Positions 8,441-16,282 of a DNA stretch of 24,703 bases are shown in pieces. Both the position numbers and the translations under genes were made by a program. How positions within the stretch are numbered: position 1 is the stretch's first letter; the number at the start of each line of letters is the position of its first letter. The notes under the pieces are model-generated. The model saw only the letters and a list, made by a program, of their open reading frames with translations. It ran no database searches and was not told where the DNA came from. Origin of the DNA: a virus. Its lineage: Duplodnaviria; Caudoviricetes. Location of the stretch: positions 1 to 24,703 of the IMG/VR virus record IMGVR_UViG_3300005325_000115. The stretch is one strand, 5' to 3'.

Positions 8441-8862
8441 TTTTTTTCTTCGTCCTCGCTCAAAAAATTCTCGGCTAAAACCACTTCGGAAAGTTCATCT
8501 ATTAATGACTTTGGCAGCAACGATATAATCTCATCTGTAACAGCCGAATAATTTTTCCCATTGATTGCTGTTGAGACCGTATCGAATTTAAGCGGTTTCT
8601 TGTCCCGCGGATCCAGAAAGTTGTCGAAACCTTTCAGCCCGAACTTGACCACTAAAAGGTTTCGCTTTGAGGCATTAATATTCGCCTTAGCCGGATCCTT
8701 GGGGTTCTTAGAACTGAATTCAAAAGATGTAGTTTGATCCTCAATAAAGGCCCTTAAATGAGAATCGAGAAGCCCGACGTGAAAAATCGTGGGATTATCT
8801 TTATCAGGATCAAGCTTTGACTTGTAAGGCTTAGTTTCGTAAATATTGATTCCTGTAAGCAT
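8437..8862 (-). CDS. Tail assembly chaperone G
   Basis: 141 aa with a GAGGAGG RBS. Lies between tail tube and tape measure and ends LSEDEEKN at a slippery sequence. Confidence 0.82.
   Translation of the reverse strand: MLTGINIYETKPYKSKLDPDKDNPTIFHVGLLDSHLRAFIEDQTTSFEFSSKNPKDPAKANINASKRNLLVVKFGLKGFDNFLDPRDKKPLKFDTVSTAINGKNYSAVTDEIISLLPKSLIDELSEVVLAENFLSEDEEKN
8440..8447 (-). promoter_or_regulatory. -1 programmed ribosomal frameshift slippery site (A AAA AAC)
   Basis: Minus strand GAA AAA AAC TAA at the end of chaperone G. The -1 frame stays open to the tape measure start. Confidence 0.85.
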
Positions 8863-8880
8863 GGCTTTTTCCTCCTCTTG

Positions 8881-10023
8881 TTAAAATACTAAGATTGATA
8901 CTTCGTCGTCGCCGTATAAAAGCGACCCGTTCAAACTAAAAGTGCTCTTGGCAATCGAAAGGCCGTCTCTATCCTCATCGTCGACTTTGGTATACTGCGC
9001 TTTCGACGCATAAAATCTAAACTTGTTGCCGGCTGTTTGGCCGATAGTAAAATCAATAACCATCTCGCTTCCGGAAAACCACTTGGAGTGAAAATCGTGT
9101 GCCGCGCAGGAAACCATCTCCGGATTGAATGAGCCGGAAACGCTTCTACCTGTAATGGCAAAAGACAAGATTCCTCTTGGGTCATTAACGTCATCGCGGA
9201 CGGCCAAGGCATTGCCTACATCGATATCCATCTCGCCTATCTTCGCCGAATAGGCATCCACTGAGAAAAGCGCGCTTAAGAATACCGGCGGTTTTGTGTT
9301 CTCGTAAGTAACATCCGCAAGAAAAGATAAATCGCTCACACCCGCTTCTACGCCTTGAAAATCAAAATCCAGAAGCACCGGCTCCCCTGATTTAAATCCG
9401 AATTTTACCTTGCCGCGGCAGCCTTTTAATAGCTTACGCACGCCGTCTTCGTAACTGCCTTGGGTAAGTGAAGGGATACTGTCTGATATAGGCTTAAGCT
9501 CATTACCAACAATTGTCGGTGCAGACGAGGTAGTTGCGGTTGCGCCTGACGTGCCGCCGGTAATTGTCTCGGCTGACTCAAATGTTCCTGAGACAGATAC
9601 AAAATAAATATTTGCTAATCCGTTTGCAGTGTTGATCACTACCCTGCCTTTTGCGCCGGAAGTCCCCCCGGTAATTGTTTCTCCATGCTGAAAAGGCCCG
9701 TTGGTAACTGCTCCTATATTCATTGATTTAAGCTGATTGACTCCGAATCCGCAGGCTTGTAAAATCTTCGCCCATTCAGGAACGGTGCCGGCAACGCCTG
9801 AGCCTCTTAATTCAAGCCGATATGACAGGCCTGCCGGCCGCTTGCCGGGAAGCTTGGCGATATTTGAGAATGACTGCCGCGCAGGGTTGCGTTCAAACAT
9901 GGCTATATCAAAACTCACCTTCGGGTTATAAACTAAAAGCCTGGCATCAGCCGCAGCCAGATTTTCAGCAGTGCCTTCTATCGTCTCTATTTTTGCGGCA
10001 AGTTGACGTTTACGCGTAAGCAT
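8881..10023 (-). CDS. Major tail (tube) protein
   Basis: 380 aa with a GAGGAGG RBS. Beta-rich and positioned after the tail terminator. Carries an internal duplicated ETITGGTSGA insert. Confidence 0.75.
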   Translation of the reverse strand: MLTRKRQLAAKIETIEGTAENLAAADARLLVYNPKVSFDIAMFERNPARQSFSNIAKLPGKRPAGLSYRLELRGSGVAGTVPEWAKILQACGFGVNQLKSMNIGAVTNGPFQHGETITGGTSGAKGRVVINTANGLANIYFVSVSGTFESAETITGGTSGATATTSSAPTIVGNELKPISDSIPSLTQGSYEDGVRKLLKGCRGKVKFGFKSGEPVLLDFDFQGVEAGVSDLSFLADVTYENTKPPVFLSALFSVDAYSAKIGEMDIDVGNALAVRDDVNDPRGILSFAITGRSVSGSFNPEMVSCAAHDFHSKWFSGSEMVIDFTIGQTAGNKFRFYASKAQYTKVDDEDRDGLSIAKSTFSLNGSLLYGDDEVSILVF

Positions 10024-10036
10024 GGTTTACCCTCCT

Positions 10037-10495
10037 CTATCCCGAAACTTCGGGATCATTTTGTTTATGCTGATAAATTATCTCCAGATCTATGATGATG
10101 CCCGCCTGTGGCTGGCCTTCCAAGGTTTCAAAAAGAACATTGGACTTGATATTTGTATCCTTGGCAAAGCCCCCGCGCGTGTAATCAACCATAAGCGCTT
10201 TTTCAATATCCCCTAGGAGGCTGTTTAAGAGCGTATCTGTCGACTGCGGATCGTCTTGCGCCTGCCTTATCCAAATATCAAGATAGACAGTAATCTTGCA
10301 GGTCGTAAAAGGATTAGGCGACGGCTCTTTTTCTTCGGGCCCGGCATTAATCACTATGCAGGGGATCAGAACGAGCGAATTCCCGGACTGCCGCCACCTT
10401 TGCACGCTGGCAATATCATTGTGATAGCCGTTTGCAACTGATATGGTCTCAAGCGTTATCTTTAAATTTTCCAAAATACTTTCTCTAACTGTCAT
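10037..10495 (-). CDS. Tail terminator protein (gpU-like)
   Basis: 152 aa acidic protein with RESIL...ANGY and PCIVI motifs. Position before the tail tube. Confidence 0.65.
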   Translation of the reverse strand: MTVRESILENLKITLETISVANGYHNDIASVQRWRQSGNSLVLIPCIVINAGPEEKEPSPNPFTTCKITVYLDIWIRQAQDDPQSTDTLLNSLLGDIEKALMVDYTRGGFAKDTNIKSNVLFETLEGQPQAGIIIDLEIIYQHKQNDPEVSG

Positions 10496-11097
10496 ACTTT
10501 ATTCAGCGCCTTTTCAATTGATTTGTTTAAGATATCTATCCGCTCATTTTGCATATCATCCCAGGTTTTGTAGAACATAAGCCTCGGGCGAATACGCACG
10601 CTATTTTTTAAAACAAAAATGGGGATAAGCTCGCGCAGTTTCTTTTTAACCTTGGCCAAGAATGTTTTGCCTTTTAATTGAATGGGAATAACATTCTTAA
10701 GCAGCCTGGGTTGTTTGTATTGCTTCTTAAGCCTGCCGTCGGATGTAAAAAGCTCTTTTCTTGCCGAAAGCGGCACAGCAAGCTTCCCGCCGCCTGGATT
10801 CTTAAGCGTCGCACCTTCTTCGTGCATGCGGGCAATTTTGGAATCTGAGAAAATCACCATACCCATGCCCTCGATATTCTGCGACACAAGGCTTGCTCTT
10901 TGAAAATGAGTAAATATCCCGTGTGTCCGCCCTCTGATTCCCGGCGGGCCCTGGAGTCTGGTTTGTTTAAAGATTTTCAAGAATTTCCTCGTGGCATGAT
11001 CCATCCCATCAGCAATTTCATATTTAAGCTCTTTGGGGAAAAGCCTGATTGCCCGCTCTAAATTCTTTGTATTAATCTCTAGTCTTAGTTCGCTCAT
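10492..11097 (-). CDS. Tail completion / neck protein (gpZ or HK97 gp10-like)
   Basis: Basic protein with ARMHEEGA and IRPRLMF motifs. Start placed at ATG 11097 from the ATGA overlap with the upstream stop. Confidence 0.65.
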   Translation of the reverse strand: MSELRLEINTKNLERAIRLFPKELKYEIADGMDHATRKFLKIFKQTRLQGPPGIRGRTHGIFTHFQRASLVSQNIEGMGMVIFSDSKIARMHEEGATLKNPGGGKLAVPLSARKELFTSDGRLKKQYKQPRLLKNVIPIQLKGKTFLAKVKKKLRELIPIFVLKNSVRIRPRLMFYKTWDDMQNERIDILNKSIEKALNKV

Positions 11098-11441
11098 TTT
11101 TGTAAAAGCAAATGCCATGCCCCTTCGTCTTGGCCTAAGATATCCGCTACTACCCAGTCAATTGAGATTCCACCGATAACCTCTGCAAGCGAAACCAGAT
11201 CCTCGCCTTTGTTAATGGATGCAACGCCTGATGTTTCGTCATTGGCTATGAATATCTCAAATTGGTTTAAAAGGACGCGGCCCGCATCCTCATAGGCAGG
11301 ATCTATACGCTTGCGGTTCACAAGCGCTTTAATAACTTTCGCGATGCCGCCTTTAGGCGTGTAGGTAATTTCTTCGGCAAACTCATCCGAGTTTAAAAAT
11401 GTCTTTGTCGCATCCTGCGCTAAATTATCTTTGAAAGCCAT
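11094..11441 (-). CDS. Head-tail joining protein (gpFII-like)
   Basis: 115 aa, FLNSDEFAEEITY, GGAG RBS. Immediately after the capsid gene. Confidence 0.65.
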   Translation of the reverse strand: MAFKDNLAQDATKTFLNSDEFAEEITYTPKGGIAKVIKALVNRKRIDPAYEDAGRVLLNQFEIFIANDETSGVASINKGEDLVSLAEVIGGISIDWVVADILGQDEGAWHLLLQK

Positions 11442-11462
11442 AAGCCTCGCTCTCCAAGCCTT

Positions 11463-11489
11463 GCCGGGAGGCTTTTAAAGCCTCCCGGC
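11463..11489 (-). terminator. Stem-loop after the major capsid gene (weak terminator or mRNA-stabilising hairpin)
   Basis: Perfect 12-bp stem gccgggaggctt-tta-aagcctcccggc with no downstream U-tract on the minus strand. Confidence 0.55.
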
Positions 11490-11512
11490 GCAGTGCTTGT
11501 TTAGACGCTTTC

Positions 11513-12472
11513 TTAGGCGTCGACTTTCATCAGATGCGCAAAAAACGGATCTATAATAATCTCGTCCACGTGCTGCCTTACGCGGAAGATATCGCTGCGG
11601 GCGGCATCGTCGCGGTATTGTTCAACCGTTGCATTCTCCGGGCTGTCGGCACTCCACAAAAACACCCTTCCAACGCTTGGATCGGAAAGCCGCTGAGAAT
11701 CTCCGATAGTTGCCACCATCGCGTAATCGTCGTTCCAGATATCCGCGCTGGCGAACGGCTTGCCTTCTTTGGCTGTGTTATAGATGCCTTTGCCTACAAG
11801 GATCCGGCGCACGCCAAGGATATCCGCGAGAGCGTTAAGCAGCTCTGCCTCGGTAAGTCTGGCCACATACTTAATCGCGTCCTTGATGCTATTATTAGCC
11901 AATAGGCGATCAATGTTGGCCTTGCTGCAGATAAGAGCGGTTGGATCGATCCCGCAATTGGCTCTTACTCTTTCTCTTGCCGCACGCACCTGAAGCGGAA
12001 CATCAGAACTTGGATTGTCCCAAGGAGCGCCGGAATTGTCGGTGTAGAGCGCGGGCCCGGCAAACGTGGTTGTGTTAAATACAATGCCGGCAATACGTCT
12101 TTCCTGAGCCTGTAAAACACGCCGCGTGATGATCTGCACCGTAGTAAGCTCTGCGTCGAAGTCCGTCGCGTAAAGGCTCCTCTCGCTGTCATCAAGAGGC
12201 CCTTCAAGGCCGTATTCCTCGCAGTTATACTGCTTATCCTTTGCCTGAAAGCCATCCCTGTTATAGTTGCCGCGCGGGGCACGCTTAGTGTCTGCTTCGC
12301 GCGTGATGCTTTCCCTGGTTATTGCGGGAAATATGCTTGCCTTTTTCTTAGTCGGAAATATCGGCAACACCTGTGTGCCGATAAATTCGTCCTGCTGCTG
12401 AATGAATTCCAAAGCCGCTTCGCCCAGCTCTAACCTCGGTACTGCCCTTGAACCCTGATAATCAACTCCCAT
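11513..12472 (-). CDS. Major capsid protein
   Basis: 319 aa with a CAGGAGG RBS. FIGTQVLP, RAPRG and ERRIA motifs typical of gpE-like capsids. Synteny agrees. Confidence 0.82.
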   Translation of the reverse strand: MGVDYQGSRAVPRLELGEAALEFIQQQDEFIGTQVLPIFPTKKKASIFPAITRESITREADTKRAPRGNYNRDGFQAKDKQYNCEEYGLEGPLDDSERSLYATDFDAELTTVQIITRRVLQAQERRIAGIVFNTTTFAGPALYTDNSGAPWDNPSSDVPLQVRAARERVRANCGIDPTALICSKANIDRLLANNSIKDAIKYVARLTEAELLNALADILGVRRILVGKGIYNTAKEGKPFASADIWNDDYAMVATIGDSQRLSDPSVGRVFLWSADSPENATVEQYRDDAARSDIFRVRQHVDEIIIDPFFAHLMKVDA

Positions 12473-12499
12473 TGTATCCTCCTGTCTTTAAATGGTTAC

Positions 12500-12853
12500 T
12501 TACAACAACAATCCTTCGATAATCTCGCCGTCTGAAGCAGCTGCTTCAAGCACGCGGCCCTGAATTGATCCGCTTACTGTGGCGCTCACCTTTCCGTCGT
12601 TGGCGCCGTAAAAATTACCGCCAACCGCAATAGCGCCGTTAGCCTCAACCTTAAACGTCCGGCCAGTAAACTTTAGATCAACGCTTACCATCTCCCCCAG
12701 CGCCGCCTTGGCCGCGGTAAAACCAATGAAGGCCTCTCCTGCGTCCGCATATTCAACCTGAGTGCCGCTTCCTGCGCTTAATTTAACCCGGCGGTAAGCC
12801 TCTAACGCTTCACCAGCCACAAATGCCTTTGACCCAATATTAAACTGTGACAT
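12500..12853 (-). CDS. Capsid decoration/cement protein (DUF2190-like)
   Basis: 117 aa, Gly/Ala-rich, GAIAVG and GRVLEAAASDGEII motifs. Lies between protease and capsid genes. Confidence 0.75.
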   Translation of the reverse strand: MSQFNIGSKAFVAGEALEAYRRVKLSAGSGTQVEYADAGEAFIGFTAAKAALGEMVSVDLKFTGRTFKVEANGAIAVGGNFYGANDGKVSATVSGSIQGRVLEAAASDGEIIEGLLL

Positions 12854-12871
12854 TTTTCTCCTCCTTCGTTT

Positions 12872-14005
12872 TTATTGTTTCTGTTTTTCTGCTGTAGCTT
12901 TTAATGCCTCGGTCATGCTACAGTTATGCTCTTGTTTGTAGGCACGAGCCCTTTCAAGATGAGTTGCGGGCTTTTTACCTTTATCCTCATCGTTATCAGG
13001 CCCGACATCCGGAGCTTGAGCATTTTGTAACCCAGCAAGCTGCTTATCCTGAAAACTGATTGTTGCCTGCTCTAAAGACAATCCGTTCTCAACCGCGGCA
13101 AGAGCAAGGGTATTCATATCTTTAAAAGCTTTCGCTTTCTTCAATATCGACACGACCCGCTCTCTTTCCTGTTTCTGTCCATACTCGCCACCCTTTTTGA
13201 CTCCCTCATCAAGACCTGATTTAAAGATGGAGTCAAAAACATCAGCTCGCTCCTTTTTCAGTTGTTCTACCGTTAAATTTTCAAACATGGTTTTCACCTC
13301 CTGTTTTTTTAAAATTGTTTGAAATTCGTCCTTATTCATTCGATACCTCTCCAAAAACGCGATTACCCGCTCAACGGAATCCGGCTGCTCTAAGAACTTA
13401 TCCAGGAATACCGTCATCTCCGCTGATGGCTTTACTGACTCAGAGAAAAACGGCATGCCGAAAAGGCCGTTATTCGCCGCCGGGTCATCGACGATATCTA
13501 CTGACATTAATTTCTTCACGCGGATAAGCGGCGGCAAAGCATTGCCCTTCTCATCCTTTGTCAATGATCCGTCTTTTTCCTGCCGGTACTCCTCGTCCCA
13601 ATGTATGACCATGGAAGAGCCGAATGCGTCGGGATCGCTTTCCGCAAGCTCCATGGTATAACCCGCCAAATCTCCATCCGGCGTTTTGTGCGCGGTTTGA
13701 TCAATATGCAAATCCGCCCGGACAATATTTCCATCCCGCCTAAAATTCTTGACTCTGCCCAAAAACGTACCCAGGGCGGTTGAACTCATATTGGGATGGC
13801 CAAACCTCGATTTGATCCCCATCTTTGGCTGATTCCCTAATTCAACAATTTTATCTAACGCTGCATCATCAAACTCCCCCCTTTCGTCATGTGTGACGCC
13901 TTTGGTGACAACTGCAAAGCCTTCAACCATCTCGTTATTCCTGCTGACCCGGACACCTCCGGCCCTTGCTATATCCGTGCGAAAAAGAATGTCCTTATTT
14001 GCCAT
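12872..14005 (-). CDS. Prohead protease-scaffold protein
   Basis: N-terminal RFGHP, AFGSS and SVDIVDDPA motifs of HK97/Mu-type maturation proteases, followed by a charged helical scaffold-like C-terminus. Confidence 0.72.
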   Translation of the reverse strand: MANKDILFRTDIARAGGVRVSRNNEMVEGFAVVTKGVTHDERGEFDDAALDKIVELGNQPKMGIKSRFGHPNMSSTALGTFLGRVKNFRRDGNIVRADLHIDQTAHKTPDGDLAGYTMELAESDPDAFGSSMVIHWDEEYRQEKDGSLTKDEKGNALPPLIRVKKLMSVDIVDDPAANNGLFGMPFFSESVKPSAEMTVFLDKFLEQPDSVERVIAFLERYRMNKDEFQTILKKQEVKTMFENLTVEQLKKERADVFDSIFKSGLDEGVKKGGEYGQKQERERVVSILKKAKAFKDMNTLALAAVENGLSLEQATISFQDKQLAGLQNAQAPDVGPDNDEDKGKKPATHLERARAYKQEHNCSMTEALKATAEKQKQ

Positions 14006-14055
14006 CTCGTTCTCCTATCCGAATATCCAACTCCTGCGGCATAGCCATCTGCGCT

Positions 14056-15642
14056 TTACTGCCGACTGTTATCTTCCTGATCGTTTGGATCTTTGGCTTC
14101 TTTTGGTTCTTTTGTTTTTTCATCGCTTGGAAACTCCAAATCCAATTCTTTCATTTTCGTGGCTTCGCGCTTACGCTGCTCAAAACTTTCTTCCCAGTCT
14201 TTGCCTTCCTGCGCGTAAAGGTCAGAGTAGGTGACAATGCCGTTCTTTAATCCAACCTCTGCGGCCTGTGCTTCCTTTAGCGGATCAACCCATTCCCATC
14301 CCGGAGCAATCCATGAGGCGTTTGTCCAATAACGCTTATTCTCATAAAATGTTTCAGCCATAATCTGACGGCTAAGATACGCTTCCTCTAAAAGCATTTC
14401 CCAAACCGGCTGGCAGAGTTTACGGCTAAGCCACTCCTGCCTCATCCTAAAATATCTGCGCGCCTCAAGTAACGCTGCCCGGGCGCTTGAATAATTTGTC
14501 TTTGAGAAATCCTTTGCCACAAGCTCATACGGCAGGCCAAGCGCGGCAGAGATCGCTTTTAATATCCTTTCCACAAACGGCTCAAAAGTAGCTCCCGGCC
14601 TTTGCGGATTAAACGAGGTAATGTTTTCTCCGGGCAGAAGATGTTTAATCATCCCCGGCTCTAATGACTCAATAAGCTGCCCAGAAGAATTTTTGTCATA
14701 AGCGGAATTAACTGCCACATCCATTGATGCTTCCGAAGTAATAAAAAGAGAAAAGCACGCTGCTATCCTCGCCGCTACAAGCTCGGCTTCGGCGTATTCT
14801 GCTAAATCCTTGAAATAAGTCAGGACCGGCGCAAAGAACGGAACACCCCTTGTCTGTCCTGAGCGCAAAACGAAATACAAATGAAAAATATTCCTTCGGC
14901 CGTATTCGTTCTTAACAGGTATCTCGACAAACTCTCTTTCCCCCCTTTTTGTAAACCTGATATCTCCGGGATGCGTCTTCTGAATGAAATACGAAATCGG
15001 CTCGCCTTTCTCACCAATTCGCACGCCTGACCTTATAGATTTATCCCCCTGCATGCCGGGCGGAGTATCGAGCCGGTCAGATTCGATAACTTGCAGCGCC
15101 AAAGAATAAGGCCTGCCGGACTCTTTAAGCATCTTCGGGATAATGATCGCTTCGCCGTTTTCTAAAATCTGCCTGTCCACCAGCTGCTGGATTTCATAAA
15201 AGTCCATGCGGTTTCCGGCATCAGCAAAAGGAAGCCAGTCCTTCCAAACTCTTTCAGCCTGTTTTTGAAAACTGCTCCCAGCCGCGTCATCTATGCCCAG
15301 TAATTCTTTATCAATTCTTGACTGCGGCCTTATCCCTGAACCGACAACATTTGTAGTCATGGTGCCGGTGATCCCTGAAGCATGCGCGTCGTTGCGGTTT
15401 AAGTCTCGGCTGCGCTCGCGGATATCTTTTAATTCCGGCAGTAAATCCTCATCTGCTGAACCGCCTCCGGGAAGCCAGCTAGATCTAAGCCTTGACCTCG
15501 AAGCGCCTTTGTAAGAACTAAACGATTCTGAAATATTGATAGCCTGCCGGAACATGCGTCTCTTAAAACCGGCTTTGGGCGAGAAAAAGGAAATAATATC
15601 ATCGAGCCTGCCTGCCAGTTTTTCGCCGATGCTTTTTTTCAT
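14056..15642 (-). CDS. Portal protein, lambda family
   Basis: 528 aa with RSRDLNRND, VVGSGI, QTRGVP, NYSSARAALLE and WVDPLKE motifs. Confidence 0.95.
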   Translation of the reverse strand: MKKSIGEKLAGRLDDIISFFSPKAGFKRRMFRQAINISESFSSYKGASRSRLRSSWLPGGGSADEDLLPELKDIRERSRDLNRNDAHASGITGTMTTNVVGSGIRPQSRIDKELLGIDDAAGSSFQKQAERVWKDWLPFADAGNRMDFYEIQQLVDRQILENGEAIIIPKMLKESGRPYSLALQVIESDRLDTPPGMQGDKSIRSGVRIGEKGEPISYFIQKTHPGDIRFTKRGEREFVEIPVKNEYGRRNIFHLYFVLRSGQTRGVPFFAPVLTYFKDLAEYAEAELVAARIAACFSLFITSEASMDVAVNSAYDKNSSGQLIESLEPGMIKHLLPGENITSFNPQRPGATFEPFVERILKAISAALGLPYELVAKDFSKTNYSSARAALLEARRYFRMRQEWLSRKLCQPVWEMLLEEAYLSRQIMAETFYENKRYWTNASWIAPGWEWVDPLKEAQAAEVGLKNGIVTYSDLYAQEGKDWEESFEQRKREATKMKELDLEFPSDEKTKEPKEAKDPNDQEDNSRQ

Positions 15643-15848
15643 GACGGATCCTTAAAAGAGGCGTATGTTGTGCGGTCTGCCGTAGGAGACATTTCCTTCT
15701 TGAGCTGGTCGCGCATTTGTTTGAGATCTGTGATATCGCGATAAGTCATAGTCCTGCCGTTTATGGTGTATGACTTCACGCCTGAACTTAAACCATTGAT
15801 AGCGGTTTCAATAGCATCGAGCATTTCCTGTTTTGTAGGCGCACTCAC
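15639..15848 (-). CDS. Head completion protein gpW-like
   Basis: Probable GTG start at 15848 with AAGGAG RBS. GVKSYTINGRTMTYRDITDL motif. Overlaps the portal start. Confidence 0.8.
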   Translation of the reverse strand: MSAPTKQEMLDAIETAINGLSSGVKSYTINGRTMTYRDITDLKQMRDQLKKEMSPTADRTTYASFKDPS

Positions 15849-15871
15849 AATGCACTCCTTTTTTGCCCAAT

Positions 15872-15908
15872 AAAAAAGCCCGCCACCGCCGTGCACGGTA
15901 ACGGGCTT
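15872..15908 (-). terminator. Intrinsic terminator in the leader of the head genes
   Basis: Minus strand aagcccgttaccg-tgcacgg-cggtggcgggctt followed by ttttatt. The two G-U pairs only form on the minus-strand RNA. Confidence 0.8.
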
Positions 15909-15968
15909 AATAAAACTATTGGGGCGCTGTAAAGGCGGCCAACCTTTAGCGCAAGATTCTTTAACTCT

Positions 15969-15996
15969 ATATTACCTAAAACCCTATAATTGACAA
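15969..15996 (-). promoter_or_regulatory. Possible promoter for head/tail genes
   Basis: TTGTCA-16 nt-TAATAT upstream of the structured leader. Imperfect match. Confidence 0.35.
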
Positions 15997-16024
15997 GATA
16001 GTCGTTACTACAAATTAGTAAAAA

Positions 16025-16282
16025 CTACCCATCATCCTCAGCCTCAACAGATTTGAAATTATGGCCGCATTTTTGGCAGATATGATATCTGACCGGCGGA
16101 TGGCTGGAATAACATTTAATATCTTTGCTTTTGCACCGAGGGCATTTTAATGGAATAAACCTAACGCCGTAATCTTTTGATTCATTCTGCGGCCTGCCGC
16201 CTAAATTTCTTTGCGGCTCAATAGCGTCGTTACGGTTTACATTTTTCAGCCAGTTAGGTTTTCTCTCAAGCCATCGCCCCAT
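16025..16282 (-). CDS. Small zinc-ribbon protein (Ogr/Delta-like pattern)
   Basis: Start ATG 16282 coupled to the terL stop (TAATG). CPRC...VRYHICQKCGHNFKSVE. Confidence 0.7.
   Translation of the reverse strand: MGRWLERKPNWLKNVNRNDAIEPQRNLGGRPQNESKDYGVRFIPLKCPRCKSKDIKCYSSHPPVRYHICQKCGHNFKSVEAEDDG

Noticed and set aside
13966-14250. 94-aa ORF overlapping the portal end and protease start
   Set aside because: Its translation matches the antisense of the portal/protease junction and it overlaps two real genes, so it is not supported.
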